From an uncultured Aliarcobacter sp. (GTDB lineage: Bacteria; Campylobacterota; Campylobacteria; Campylobacterales; Arcobacteraceae), in contig CAXXLV010000002.1 in NCBI GenBank assembly GCA_963664305.2, positions 896,001-960,000 of the forward strand: a stretch of DNA of 64,000 nucleotides, written 5' to 3'. Positions 10,520 through 21,470 of the stretch are shown one piece after another; position 1 is the first letter of the stretch, and each line of letters starts with the position of its first letter. A model generated the notes under the pieces. That model had not been told where the DNA came from. It worked only from the letters and a program-made list of their open reading frames with translations, and did no database searches. The position numbers and the translations under genes are program-made.

Positions 10520-11614
10520 ATGTTTGATTTAGAAATTTATGAAATAGTCAATATTTTAGGATTAATTATTGGTATTGCCTTTGGAATAATCGCACAAAAA
10601 AATCAATTTTGTTTTAGTGGTTCAATAAAGGATTATATTTTAATTAAATCTACTAAAAGAGCGGCTTCTGTTATTATGGCAATGATTGTAGCAATAATAT
10701 CTACAACTTTAATATCAAATCATTTTGAATTAGATTTAACACAAACAAATTATTTTAAAAGTAACATTAACTATTTTGCAATAATTTTAGGTGGATTATT
10801 ATTTGGTAGTGGAATGATGATAGCAGATGGTTGTAGTAGTAGAAGTTTAGTAAAATATGGTCAAGGTGATACAAATGCCTTAATTACACTTATTTTTATT
10901 GCTATTTTTGCATATGCAACAACAAAAGGACTATTATTTGATATATTTAATCCTTTTATTAATAATGAATTTTTAATAAGTATATCTTCATATATTTCAA
11001 ATACTCAAATGAATATTTATGTTGTTTTAGCAATTTTATTTATCATTTTATTTTTTACTGTAAACAAAAAACTAAAAAGAGTATTTACTTTAATAGATGG
11101 TGTATTAATAGGTCTTCTTGTTAGTGCTGCTTGGTTTGTAAGTGGTCATATTGGACAAGAAAGCATGGAAAGACAAATAGAATTAGTAGGAATTAGTTTT
11201 GTATATCCAACTGCAAAAACATTAGAATTATTTACTTATTATCAAGTAAATGAAGTAACTTTTGGTATTAGTATGGTTGTTGGTGTATTAGCTGGAACTT
11301 TTATTATGTCATTTTTTAACAAAAAATATAGCTTTGGATGTACTGCAAATAAAAATATCAATAAAGTTAAATACAATATGATTGGTGGTGCTTTAATGGG
11401 AACAGGTGGAATAATGGCTATAGGTTGTACAGTTGGACAAGGTTTAACTGGACTTTCTACACTTGCTTTTGCTTCAGCTTTAGCAATTATATCTATTTTT
11501 ATTTCAGCATTAATCACTGCAAAAATATTAAATAAATATGAAAAACTTCCTATGTGTTTCATTTTTGAATGGAATGATGAAAAAGGAAATAAACCTGTTG
11601 ATTTCCAAATCTAA
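10520..11614 (+). CDS. YeeE/YedE family sulfur-compound (thiosulfate) transporter
   Basis: FCFSGS, GGLLFGSGMMIADGC, GGALMGTGGIMAIGCTVGQG motifs. Confidence 0.9.
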   Translation: MFDLEIYEIVNILGLIIGIAFGIIAQKNQFCFSGSIKDYILIKSTKRAASVIMAMIVAIISTTLISNHFELDLTQTNYFKSNINYFAIILGGLLFGSGMMIADGCSSRSLVKYGQGDTNALITLIFIAIFAYATTKGLLFDIFNPFINNEFLISISSYISNTQMNIYVVLAILFIILFFTVNKKLKRVFTLIDGVLIGLLVSAAWFVSGHIGQESMERQIELVGISFVYPTAKTLELFTYYQVNEVTFGISMVVGVLAGTFIMSFFNKKYSFGCTANKNINKVKYNMIGGALMGTGGIMAIGCTVGQGLTGLSTLAFASALAIISIFISALITAKILNKYEKLPMCFIFEWNDEKGNKPVDFQI

Positions 11615-11621
11615 TAGGCAC

Positions 11622-11661
11622 AAAAAAAGGGTTTAAACTTATAATTTAAACCCTTTTTTTT
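11622..11661. terminator. Bidirectional intrinsic terminator between yeeE and ftsZ
   Basis: AAAAAAAGGGTTTAAA-cttataa-TTTAAACCCTTTTTTTT. Confidence 0.88.
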
Positions 11662-11679
11662 ATCTTTTATAATTTTATA

Positions 11680-12816
11680 TTAATTCAATTGATATTGAAC
11701 AATATAATCTCTCATTAAAGGTGGAATATCTAAATAGTTTTCACTATCAGCTACTACAGCATTATTTTGTTCTTGGTCTTCACTTACTTCTTGTGGTTCA
11801 TCAAATTCTTCATTTCTTGATTCAAATCCAGTTGCAACAATAGTAATTTTTACTTCATCTTTTTCTAAAGTGCTATCAGATGTTGTACCAAAAATAATCT
11901 CTGCATTTGAGTCCATTCTTTCATTAATAGTTCCCATAACATCATTAATTGCAAATAATGAAACTTGTGGATGAATATTAAAGTGAATTAAAATACCTTT
12001 TGCACCATTTAAAGAAACTTTATCTAAAAGTGGAGAATCGATAGCATCTTCTAATGCTCTTTGAGCTGCATTTTCACCTTTTGCTCGCCCTATTCCCATT
12101 AATGCCATACCTTTATGTTGCATAATAGTTTTAACGTCAGCAAAGTCTGTATTAATATCTGAATTACCTGGATTTAAAATAACTTCAGACATACCATTTA
12201 CAGCTTGATATAAAATATTATCAATGATTTTAAATGCATCTTTCATACCAACATTTTCATCAATAATCTCTAATAATCTATCATTTGGAACAATAATGAT
12301 TGAATCACTTACTTTTTTAAGTTCTTCAAGTCCAAGATTTGCTAAACCTGCTCTTTTTTTACCTTCCCACGTAAATGGTTTTGTAACAACAGAAACAGTT
12401 AAAGCTCCAATCTCTTTTGCAGCTTTTGCTATTATTGCAGCAGCACCTGTTCCTGTACCTCCTCCAAGACCAGCAGCGATGAAAACAATATCAGCACCTT
12501 TTAAAGAACCTTTAATCTCTTCATAACTTTCAACTGCAGAATCTCTACCAATTTCTGGTTTCATACCAGCACCTAAACCTTTAGTAAGTTTAAGTCCTAA
12601 TTGAATTTTCTTTGGAGCTTTAGAAATATGTAATACTTGTAAATCAGTATTTGCAGCAATTAAATCAATTTTATGAGAACCTTCGTTTATCATGTGGTTA
12701 ATCATATTACAACCACCACCACCAACTCCAATAACTGCAATTTTAGCTACATTATCAGATAAAACTTTACTTGGCATATCCACTTTTATATCATCAACTC
12801 TAAATAAATTTTCCAT
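11680..12816 (-). CDS. ftsZ: Cell division protein FtsZ
   Basis: GVGGGGCN, GLGAG, GGGTGTG, NTDFADV. The ATG at 12816 overlaps the ftsA stop (TAATG). Confidence 0.97.
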   Translation of the reverse strand: MENLFRVDDIKVDMPSKVLSDNVAKIAVIGVGGGGCNMINHMINEGSHKIDLIAANTDLQVLHISKAPKKIQLGLKLTKGLGAGMKPEIGRDSAVESYEEIKGSLKGADIVFIAAGLGGGTGTGAAAIIAKAAKEIGALTVSVVTKPFTWEGKKRAGLANLGLEELKKVSDSIIIVPNDRLLEIIDENVGMKDAFKIIDNILYQAVNGMSEVILNPGNSDINTDFADVKTIMQHKGMALMGIGRAKGENAAQRALEDAIDSPLLDKVSLNGAKGILIHFNIHPQVSLFAINDVMGTINERMDSNAEIIFGTTSDSTLEKDEVKITIVATGFESRNEEFDEPQEVSEDQEQNNAVVADSENYLDIPPLMRDYIVQYQLN

Positions 12817-14210
12817 TAAAACCACTCCGATACTTTACTCCAGAACTTAGAAACACCTTTTTTCTTATCTTTGATTAAAGGTGTTAAAATTGCTCCGTTA
12901 TCTTTTATTTGAATATGTTCTTTATTATTCATATTCATTTCCATTGTAGGCTTTTCAGAAGGCATTTGATTTGTAACTGAAATTTTTGGTTCTACAACTC
13001 TATCTTTTCTTAAAGGTTTAATTAGTTTCTTACTTGAATCTAATTGGTAACTTCTATTTGTTCCTAATGCGTAAAATAACAATCCAACAATTGTTGCCAT
13101 ATTAGCTTCATCAAAACTCATAAATCCATTTTTAATATTTTTTGGATTTGATATACTAATTGGAATACCATCAAAAATCTTTTCAGTTAATTTTTTGATT
13201 CCATCTAAATAACTCATTCCACCAGTTATTACAATTCCTGAACCAGTATTGTCTAATAAACCACTTTTTTTAAGTTTATTTTTTACTAAAACTAAAACTT
13301 CTTCAACACGTGCATGAATAATAGTTTGAATATAATCAAGTGCAACTTCAGAAATGCTCTCTTCATCACCAATTCTAGGAATTTTAACTTTTGTTACACC
13401 TAATTCGTTGTTTGGAGAGTAGTTTCTTGTTAGTGAACCATATTCAAGTTTTATTTTTTCAGCTGCTGTTGGAGGAGTATGAAGCATTACTGATAAGTCA
13501 TTTGTGATGTGGTTTGAACCAACAGGAATAAATCCATTAAAAATTATTGAATTCCCTTTATAATAAACAAATTCAGTTGTTGTTGAACCTAAATTTATTA
13601 CTATTGCTCCAAATTTTCTTTGCTGTTCATCAAGTACTGCAAGTGCACTTGCATATGAATCTAAAACAAATTTAACAACTTCTATTCCAGAAATTTTTAA
13701 AGCAGATTTGATATTTGTTAAAGCTGTTCTTTTAGCTGTTACGATATAAACTGAAACTTCAAGTCTTGAACCATTCATATTTAAAGGATTATCAACTTCA
13801 ACAGAATCATCAACTTTAAAGAAGATCGGTACAACATGAACAACTTCATATTCAGGAACAATAGTAGCATTATATAATGCCATTTGCATAACTTGATTTA
13901 TTTCTGTTTCTGTTATTAAACCATTTGGAACATTTACTGAACCAGAACTTCTAATACTTTTTGAATAACTTCCTGAAATTGAAACAACAGTTGTGTCAAT
14001 CATTTCAGTTGTACTTCTTTTTGCTACTGAAACTGCATCTTTTATTGCTTTTGAAGCCTCTTCAATATTAATAATAAGACCTTTATTAATACCATTACTT
14101 TTTTGAATACCCGTACCTAAAATATTTATATTATTATCTAAATCATGTTTTGCAATAACTGCAGTTACAGCTGAAGAACCTATATCTATTGCTAAAAAAG
14201 TATTATTCAA
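12816..14210 (-). CDS. ftsA: Cell division protein FtsA
   Basis: AIDIGSS, GSRLE, GSNHITNDL, AEKIK, VITGGMS; directly upstream of ftsZ. Confidence 0.96.
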   Translation of the reverse strand: MNNTFLAIDIGSSAVTAVIAKHDLDNNINILGTGIQKSNGINKGLIINIEEASKAIKDAVSVAKRSTTEMIDTTVVSISGSYSKSIRSSGSVNVPNGLITETEINQVMQMALYNATIVPEYEVVHVVPIFFKVDDSVEVDNPLNMNGSRLEVSVYIVTAKRTALTNIKSALKISGIEVVKFVLDSYASALAVLDEQQRKFGAIVINLGSTTTEFVYYKGNSIIFNGFIPVGSNHITNDLSVMLHTPPTAAEKIKLEYGSLTRNYSPNNELGVTKVKIPRIGDEESISEVALDYIQTIIHARVEEVLVLVKNKLKKSGLLDNTGSGIVITGGMSYLDGIKKLTEKIFDGIPISISNPKNIKNGFMSFDEANMATIVGLLFYALGTNRSYQLDSSKKLIKPLRKDRVVEPKISVTNQMPSEKPTMEMNMNNKEHIQIKDNGAILTPLIKDKKKGVSKFWSKVSEWF

Positions 14211-14213
14211 TTA

Positions 14214-15677
14214 TTACTCCTTCTCTTGGATTGAAGATTGAATTGCAAAAGTATTTTCTAATTTTTTTAATAGATTTAACATTAATTCTTCTTCTTGAAG
14301 TTGAATTATTGTTCCTTTTACAACGTCATCTTTAGTTTTATTATAATCAGCCATTTTTGAATTGTTTATTCTATAAAGTACAACTTTATTATCTAATTTA
14401 ATTATTCCCTCTTTAGTCGTTGCTGAGAATAATTGATTTAAAAATTTAGCTGCTTCTTGTTGTTCTAAACCAGAAATTTTATTAACTGATTCTCTAGTAA
14501 TTCCAGAAATCTCTTCACCTTTAAAATCAGTTAATGATGCATTCGCTGTTTCTTCTAATTTTTTAGTTTTTAAAACTTTTTCAAAATCTATTTTTACTTG
14601 TGATAAAGCTTTTTCATAAGTTAAAACAGAAGAAGGATTTTTCTTAACTAATTTAACTACGTAATATTTATTGTTTTCAAAAAATGGTTTTACTATTTCT
14701 GATTCTTTTAATTCTTCAATTTTTGTATTATTCTCTGATGAATATGGAAGAGCTGATTCTACAAAAGTTTGTGTATTTTCAAATTTCTCTTCATCTTTTT
14801 TAAGTTTTAAATAAATTTTTAAAGCTTCTGTTTTAGTGAATTTTTCATCTAAATCTTTGATTATTTGCTCTCTTGCTTCTTCTAAAGATTTGATTTTCCC
14901 ATCTTCATGTTTATAATCAATTTTAAACTTTTCATAATGAACTTTAATATCATCTTCTGTTGAGTTTGAATTCATTAAAGGGATTTCTTTAATTTGTAAA
15001 TCATAAGAAACTTCAGACATATAAGAGTTTTTATTCTCTTCCCAATATTTTTTTAATTCATCTTCTTGTAATTCAACTTTAATGTCATTGATTGATAATA
15101 TTTTAATTGTAATATCATCTTCTAAAAATAGTAATTTGCTGATATTCTCTATTTCACTTGAAGTAGGATTTACTTGGAATAGAGTTTGAACTTTTTGTAA
15201 TAAAAGATTTCTTTTTAATGATGCTTCAAAATCTTTTGGTGTCATTCTATTTTGAGCTAAAACTTTGATATAAGTCTCTTTATCAAACTTTCCATCTTTT
15301 GTAAAAGCTTGGTATTTTATTAATTCTTTTGCCACTTCTTCATCAGTTACATCTAATCCTAAAGAATCACCATAAGCCATAATAAGATTTTTTTGTAAAA
15401 CTTGTCTGTAAGCAACATCTTTTAATTTTAATTGTTCAGCTAATTCTTTATTGAACATAGAGCCAAACATTCTTGAATATTGGTCATAAAGGTTTGAATA
15501 CTCTTGTTGATATTCTTCAACAGAAACTTCTCTATCTCCAACAACAGCTACTGCACCACCTTGTTTCCCATACTCGTAAGAACCCCAACCAACAAATCCA
15601 GCTCCAACGAATGCAATTGTACTTATCCAAATAGTAATTACTAACCACTTTTTATGTCTTTGCATCCAAGTAATCAT
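14214..15677 (-). CDS. PpiD-like membrane-anchored periplasmic chaperone (SurA N-terminal domain)
   Basis: MITWMQRHKK...IAFVGAGFVGWG anchor, GKFDKETY motif; position upstream of ftsA. Confidence 0.85.
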   Translation of the reverse strand: MITWMQRHKKWLVITIWISTIAFVGAGFVGWGSYEYGKQGGAVAVVGDREVSVEEYQQEYSNLYDQYSRMFGSMFNKELAEQLKLKDVAYRQVLQKNLIMAYGDSLGLDVTDEEVAKELIKYQAFTKDGKFDKETYIKVLAQNRMTPKDFEASLKRNLLLQKVQTLFQVNPTSSEIENISKLLFLEDDITIKILSINDIKVELQEDELKKYWEENKNSYMSEVSYDLQIKEIPLMNSNSTEDDIKVHYEKFKIDYKHEDGKIKSLEEAREQIIKDLDEKFTKTEALKIYLKLKKDEEKFENTQTFVESALPYSSENNTKIEELKESEIVKPFFENNKYYVVKLVKKNPSSVLTYEKALSQVKIDFEKVLKTKKLEETANASLTDFKGEEISGITRESVNKISGLEQQEAAKFLNQLFSATTKEGIIKLDNKVVLYRINNSKMADYNKTKDDVVKGTIIQLQEEELMLNLLKKLENTFAIQSSIQEKE

Positions 15678-15735
15678 AAAATATAATCCTCTTAAAAATT
15701 TTAGAGATAATACAAAAAAGTTGCTTTTATGTTTG

Positions 15736-18066
15736 TTAAATAATAATCATTTCATTATCATAAGAGTCAATATTTGGCTCTTTTTTACTTAATAAGTCAT
15801 TTATAACTGATTCTCTAATTGTTATTTCTAGTTTTTTACAAGCACTTTTAAAAGCTTCTTCTTCTCCAACAATAAAACACATTTTTTTTGCTCGTGTAAT
15901 TGCTGTATATAAAAGTTTTGTATTATGCATAATATAATGGGAAAAACTCATAGGAATTAAAGCATTATCATATTCCATTCCTTGAGTTTTATGAATAGTT
16001 AAACAATAAGCTAAAGATAATAAACTATGAACATTCTCAAAGTCATAAAATACGACCATATCATCATTTGGATATAAAACTATACATTTTTCTTCATCGA
16101 AATCAAGTTTTATTATAAGTCCTAATTGACCGTTATAAACTCTTCTTTCTAAAAAATCTGTTGAGCCACTTTTGTACATACTCATAGTTTGAGCTCTCAT
16201 ATTTTCATTTTTTATATGAATTACTTTATCAGTTAACTTATATTCATAAACTTTTGAAACAAAAGATTTTCCTTTTGTATGATTAAAAAGTTTTTGAAGT
16301 TGTATATTTAGATTATCAACTCCTAAGATTCCACCTTTCATTGGTGTAATTACTTGAAAAAGTGTAAGAGCATTTGATATTTTTTTCTTTTTTATAAAAT
16401 CATAATAATCTTGTATATAAGTAGAAGAGATATTTAAAATATTATTTAAAATATATTCACTATTTTCTCCCCTTAAATCAGCAAAATCATTTGAAGAAAC
16501 AGAATTCTTTTTTGAATAATAATTTGAAATAGAAACATCAATGAATTTAAAATCTTCATACTCTTGTTTATAATCTGGTAATTCACCTTTTCTAATATCA
16601 TTTGCAATAACTGCAATTGCTTGATTTTCATTTTGTCTATAAATTTTTGTAAGTTTACAAATTGGAGCTAGTTCATATTTAATTGCATCTGATAAAACAT
16701 TTCCAGCACCAATTGCTGGTAATTGACCATCATCTCCAACAATTATAAAAATCGTGTCATCATCAATTTTTGAAATAATTTGATAAAAAGTAACCGAATT
16801 TACCATCGAAGCTTCATCTAGTAAAATAGCTTTATATGGGAAAAAATCTTTCTCTTTATGTTTTACGAGTAAACTTTGAATAGTTGAAGAGTTATAACCT
16901 GTTGTATCACTTATTCTTTGACTTGCAATTCCTGAAAGTGCAATAGTCATAATATCATCATAACTCATTATTTCTTCAAGAAGTTCAAGTATTGCTCTAC
17001 TTGAAGTTGACTTTCCCGTTCCTGCGTAACCAATCAAAAATAGAGTTTTTTCACCATTATTTATAAGTTCAACTGCTTTTTTTTGTTCTTCACTTAACTC
17101 AAAACCTAAAGTTTGTTGTTTTTTTACTAAATATTCATCAAAAGTAGCAATAATTTTTCTATTTTTTTCATCTTTTCGTCTACTAAAAAAATCTAAAATT
17201 CTTTTTTCAGAATAATAAAGCATTGAAAGAGCTAGTCTATTTTCACTTGTTACAAAAATATTTTCTTCAACTAACATTTTTGAAATAGCTTGTTCATATA
17301 AAAGTTCTTCATTTGAAAATCTTAAACTTTCATCTAAAAGTTTATATAAATGAAATTTATCTATCGAAGAGTTTCCATTGTTATCGCAATATTCTCTTAA
17401 AGTATAATTTAAACAAGCCATTATTCTAAACTCTGATTTTGGGTCGATTCCCAAAGATTTAGCTATTTCATCGGCTCTTTTAAAACCAATTCCTTTTATA
17501 TTTATCAAAATGTATGGATTTTCTTTGATTTTATCTATTAGATTTTCAACTTCGCCTAAACTTGAATATATTTTTGTAATAAGATTTGAAGTAACCCCAA
17601 ACTTTCCTAAAAAAGAACCAAGTTCTCTTAAGTGTTTAAATTTTTGCCAAGAAGTAACTATGGTTTCAAGTTTTTTATCTTTTATTCCTTTAAAATCCAA
17701 AAGTTCATTTGGTCTTTCATTTAAAATTTCAACTAACTCTTCTTCACTATATTTTTCTAAAAGTTCTGAAGCAAATTTTTTCCCTACTCCTTTTACAATT
17801 TTTGTAAGAAAAAAGAATATTTCAGCCTCTTTTAGTTCCAATGTATCAAACTCAAATTGAACGCCATATTTTTTATGAGTTGTCCAATTTCCTTTTAAAA
17901 CAACTTCTTCACCAACTATTTTTTCAATATCTGTATCAAAATATGTTCCACAAACCTTTTGATTATTTTCTAAAACGGCAATTATGTATTTTGTTTCATC
18001 ATTTTTATATAATACTTTTTTTATTATTCCTGATAATTTAAAACTTTTATACTCAACTTCTTCCAT
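15736..18066 (-). CDS. recD2: ATP-dependent RecD-like DNA helicase (RecD2)
   Basis: HhH motifs (KGVGKK, IKGIGFKRADEIA), Walker A GYAGTGKST, DEASMV, VGDDGQLPAIGAG, YCLTIHKTQG, LLYTAITRAK. Confidence 0.92.
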   Translation of the reverse strand: MEEVEYKSFKLSGIIKKVLYKNDETKYIIAVLENNQKVCGTYFDTDIEKIVGEEVVLKGNWTTHKKYGVQFEFDTLELKEAEIFFFLTKIVKGVGKKFASELLEKYSEEELVEILNERPNELLDFKGIKDKKLETIVTSWQKFKHLRELGSFLGKFGVTSNLITKIYSSLGEVENLIDKIKENPYILINIKGIGFKRADEIAKSLGIDPKSEFRIMACLNYTLREYCDNNGNSSIDKFHLYKLLDESLRFSNEELLYEQAISKMLVEENIFVTSENRLALSMLYYSEKRILDFFSRRKDEKNRKIIATFDEYLVKKQQTLGFELSEEQKKAVELINNGEKTLFLIGYAGTGKSTSSRAILELLEEIMSYDDIMTIALSGIASQRISDTTGYNSSTIQSLLVKHKEKDFFPYKAILLDEASMVNSVTFYQIISKIDDDTIFIIVGDDGQLPAIGAGNVLSDAIKYELAPICKLTKIYRQNENQAIAVIANDIRKGELPDYKQEYEDFKFIDVSISNYYSKKNSVSSNDFADLRGENSEYILNNILNISSTYIQDYYDFIKKKKISNALTLFQVITPMKGGILGVDNLNIQLQKLFNHTKGKSFVSKVYEYKLTDKVIHIKNENMRAQTMSMYKSGSTDFLERRVYNGQLGLIIKLDFDEEKCIVLYPNDDMVVFYDFENVHSLLSLAYCLTIHKTQGMEYDNALIPMSFSHYIMHNTKLLYTAITRAKKMCFIVGEEEAFKSACKKLEITIRESVINDLLSKKEPNIDSYDNEMIII

Positions 18067-18431
18067 TAATAGCCATCATTAAATGTTTGTTTTTTATGTT
18101 TATCTTTTTTATAGTTACTTTTATTTTTTTCTTTTTGAAGTAAATTTGCATCTTTAAGAAGATTTGCTCTTTCTTCTTCAAAAGATTCTGTATGTGTTTC
18201 AACATAAAACATTGTTTTATTTATGAAATCTTTTAAACCTGAATAATATTCTGAATATAAATCAACTTCTTGCGTTTTCTTCATATCATCATAATTTTTT
18301 TTAGTTCTTTGTTTAAATAAATCTTTATCAAAATTTTCTAATTTTAATAAAGATATTGTTCTTGTAAAAAATTTTTCTAAAACTCTGATATATTTAATTC
18401 TTTGTTGTTTTTCATTTACTTCATATATCAT
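18066..18431 (-). CDS. Hypothetical protein
   Basis: 121-aa ORF overlapping both neighbours (translational coupling). Confidence 0.75.
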   Translation of the reverse strand: MIYEVNEKQQRIKYIRVLEKFFTRTISLLKLENFDKDLFKQRTKKNYDDMKKTQEVDLYSEYYSGLKDFINKTMFYVETHTESFEEERANLLKDANLLQKEKNKSNYKKDKHKKQTFNDGY

Positions 18432-18778
18432 TTAAGTAATTCTTCCAAATTTTCAATAGGTCTAGCAATAACTGCATTTTCACCTTTTATAATAATAGGT
18501 CTTTCAATTAAAATAGGATTTTGAACCATTATTTCAATTAATTTTTCTTCATCATTTTCATTTTTTAGATTTAACTCTTTATAAATATCTTCACCAGTTC
18601 TTAAAAGTTCACTTGCTTTCATATTTAATTTTTTTAGTACATTTTTTAATTGTTCTTTTGAAGGTGATATTTCTAGATATTTTACAACGTCAGCATTTAT
18701 ACCTTTTTCTTCTAAAAGTGTCATTGCATTTCTTGATTTTGAACATTTTGGATTATGCCAGATTTGAATGTTTTGCAT
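18428..18778 (-). CDS. arsC: ArsC family arsenate reductase (glutaredoxin type)
   Basis: HNPKCSKSR, PILIERPI, IARP motifs. Confidence 0.88.
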   Translation of the reverse strand: MQNIQIWHNPKCSKSRNAMTLLEEKGINADVVKYLEISPSKEQLKNVLKKLNMKASELLRTGEDIYKELNLKNENDEEKLIEIMVQNPILIERPIIIKGENAVIARPIENLEELLK

Positions 18779-18866
18779 ATTTTAAACCTCTTACTATAGT
18801 TGTGTTTATTATATCCAAAACTTTTTTTACAGAAGATAAATATTACATTTTGTAATATTGTATAGT

Positions 18867-19754
18867 CTAAAATGTTCCACCTAGAGTAAGAGTTGGACCT
18901 TTATATTGGAATTTTACACCATCAATTTCAATAGTTTTATTTTTATACCCTGCACTAACTATTAAATTATCTCCAAATAGCTTATATCCTAAATTAAGAT
19001 AATACTCATATGAATAATCTATATTATTGTTTTTACCATAAGAAGCTCCATATTCTGCTTGAAGATTATTCTCTTCATTTTTTAAATGTACTTCTAAAGA
19101 AGGAAACTCTTCCTTATCTTCTCCATAAAAGTTCAAATCATATTGATTAAAAATAAAGTTACCTTTTAATGTATAAACATTGTATCCTAAACCCATATTA
19201 ACATTTTGATATTTGTACAAATAACTTAATTTATCCCACGAACTATCTGTCGATAAATCTCCACCACCAATTAAAACTCCTTCAAAATATGCTTTTGAAT
19301 TCATTGTTTCCGCTTTTAATATATGATTTTTATATGAAATAGATAATTCAGGAATTAATGTTCCTCTTTCTTCTACAACACTAACTTTACCTGTCATAAA
19401 AACATCTGTTTTCAAAAAAGAATATGTTAATTTTGGGGTTATTGAAAAATCTTCACTAAAACTATTTTGACTTATTTTTCTTTCATCTTTTAAAATATTA
19501 TCTTTTTTATATTCTTTAACAAATTCATTATTTATTGGTTTTGATAGTTCTTGTTTTTCTTCTTTAATTTCATTACTTAAAATCTTTACATCTTTAACTT
19601 TTTTATAACTATCTTCATCTATTTTTTCTACACTTTTTTTATTTATAAAGTTGTATTCTTCTTTTTGTTTATCTGATAAATTACTTAATGGAACATAATC
19701 ATCACTAAATAAACTTAAAACTAAACTTGATAATACTATTATTATTTTCTTCAC
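18867..19754 (-). CDS. Hypothetical exported protein, probable outer-membrane beta-barrel
   Basis: Signal peptide, charged linker, alternating Tyr/Gly-rich strands, C-terminal GPTLTLGGTF. Confidence 0.65.
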   Translation of the reverse strand: MKKIIIVLSSLVLSLFSDDYVPLSNLSDKQKEEYNFINKKSVEKIDEDSYKKVKDVKILSNEIKEEKQELSKPINNEFVKEYKKDNILKDERKISQNSFSEDFSITPKLTYSFLKTDVFMTGKVSVVEERGTLIPELSISYKNHILKAETMNSKAYFEGVLIGGGDLSTDSSWDKLSYLYKYQNVNMGLGYNVYTLKGNFIFNQYDLNFYGEDKEEFPSLEVHLKNEENNLQAEYGASYGKNNNIDYSYEYYLNLGYKLFGDNLIVSAGYKNKTIEIDGVKFQYKGPTLTLGGTF

Positions 19755-19814
19755 TAAAATTCCCTATTTATAATTAAAAAAGGCAATTTAGCGAACTTTT
19801 GATTAAAAAATGTT

Positions 19815-21470
19815 TTAATTTATTATCTTATTATAATTATTTTTCAAAAACTCAGCAACTCTAAACGAATTTGCATAAATTGTAAATGTATAAGGAACAC
19901 TTCCACCAGTTGGCATAAAACTTCCATCTGTTACAAATAGATTTGAAACTTCATGGGCTTGGCAATTTTTATTTAAAACTGAAGTTTTTGGATTATCTCC
20001 AAATCTACAACCACCAGCTTGTAAATTTGAAGATGGAAGTGCTGATATATCAGAAACTATATTTTTACCACCCATTTTTTCAAAAACTTTAACTGCTTTT
20101 TCTTTTATAAAATTAGCAATTTCTAAATCTCTTTCATGAGCGCCTATTCTTATGTTTGCAACAGGAATGCCATATTTATCTTTATATTTTTCATCAACAC
20201 TAATAAAAGCATTATCATTTGGAGTCCAATCAAGAAAAATTTCCATGTTTAAGGTTCTTGTTTTAGTAAAAGTTTCAAATATTGTATTCTGCAACTCTTC
20301 CCCTATTCTTAAATCTCCATTTTCTTTCCATCGTAAACTTGAAGCTCTTCGTATAGGATTTTGATGTTCAAATAATAAATCTATAACTCCACCTTTAAAC
20401 TCTTTTGTATAATACCAATCCATAATTGACCTATTTACAAAAAGTCCAGAAGCATGTAAATCTTTTAAAGGAAGATGTGTTTCATCAAAAGTAGCACTAA
20501 TTATTCCACCACTACTTGAAAGAAAGTTTTTACCTACATTTCCACTATTATTGGCTACTCCATTTGGAAAGTTTTCATCTTTTGAATTAAGTAGCAATCT
20601 TGAAGTTTCAACAGCTTGAGCTGCTATTACAAAAAGTTTTGCTTCAAGCTCTTTTTTTGTTCCATTTTTTGTTAAATAAGTAGCACTTTTTATCTTTTTA
20701 TCTTTTGTTGTATTTAACTTTATAACAAAAGCATTTGCAATTATTTCAACATTATTTGTAAGAAGTGCATCTTTTATCAAACTAGCCCTTGAACTACCTT
20801 TTGCACCACTTGAACATGGATATGAACCACAATAATTTGAGTAATAACAAGGATTTCTAAAATCTTTTTGTTTTGAAATAATTGCTCTTGGAGTTTTTAT
20901 AGAAGTATAATCCAAATCAGAACAAGCTTTATCTATCAAATCAACTATTTTATTTTCATTTAGTGGTGGATATATGAAGTCTTTTGTACTTCTTGGTTCT
21001 AAAAAAGCATATTCTTGAACTTTTCCAGAAACTCCAACAAGCTCTTCAACCTTTGTATAATATGGCTCTAATTCATCATAATTAATAGGCCAATCTACGA
21101 TATTAGAATTTTTTGGAACTCCATAAATTGAAGCTAATTTAAAATCATTTGGTTTAAGTCTATGAAAATATCCACTCATAAAATTTGAAGAACCTCCAAG
21201 AAGTGAGCCATTCCAAAAACTCCAACCACTTTCATAAGTTGGAAACTTAGTCCAAGAACCATCAATAAACTCTTCAACAGTATGATATTCTTCTTTTAAA
21301 TTTGGTGTATAAATATCACGGCGTACTACAATTTCATCTTTTGAAAAATCTTTTTCATTGTAAATATCACCTTTTTCTAAAACACAAACTTTTAAACCTA
21401 CTTTACTTAATTCATAGATTATGGGACCAGCGCCTGCTCCACTTCCAACTACGCAAACATCATATATCAT
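19815..21470 (-). CDS. GMC family FAD oxidoreductase (sugar/gluconate dehydrogenase large-subunit-like)
   Basis: VVGSGAGAG, Cys cluster CYYSNYCGSYPC, GGCRFG, NLFVTDGSFMPT. Confidence 0.9.
   Translation of the reverse strand: MIYDVCVVGSGAGAGPIIYELSKVGLKVCVLEKGDIYNEKDFSKDEIVVRRDIYTPNLKEEYHTVEEFIDGSWTKFPTYESGWSFWNGSLLGGSSNFMSGYFHRLKPNDFKLASIYGVPKNSNIVDWPINYDELEPYYTKVEELVGVSGKVQEYAFLEPRSTKDFIYPPLNENKIVDLIDKACSDLDYTSIKTPRAIISKQKDFRNPCYYSNYCGSYPCSSGAKGSSRASLIKDALLTNNVEIIANAFVIKLNTTKDKKIKSATYLTKNGTKKELEAKLFVIAAQAVETSRLLLNSKDENFPNGVANNSGNVGKNFLSSSGGIISATFDETHLPLKDLHASGLFVNRSIMDWYYTKEFKGGVIDLLFEHQNPIRRASSLRWKENGDLRIGEELQNTIFETFTKTRTLNMEIFLDWTPNDNAFISVDEKYKDKYGIPVANIRIGAHERDLEIANFIKEKAVKVFEKMGGKNIVSDISALPSSNLQAGGCRFGDNPKTSVLNKNCQAHEVSNLFVTDGSFMPTGGSVPYTFTIYANSFRVAEFLKNNYNKIIN

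Noticed and set aside
15736..18778. arsC-hypothetical-recD2 as a defence or arsenic-resistance island
   Set aside because: No arsR/arsB/acr3 or nuclease partner is present. The RecD2 architecture is that of the ordinary repair helicase.
18839..18859. AATATTACA-ttt-TGTAATATT inverted repeat
   Set aside because: It lies right after the 18867 stop and upstream of arsC. Terminator and operator cannot be told apart, and the stem is weak and AT-rich.
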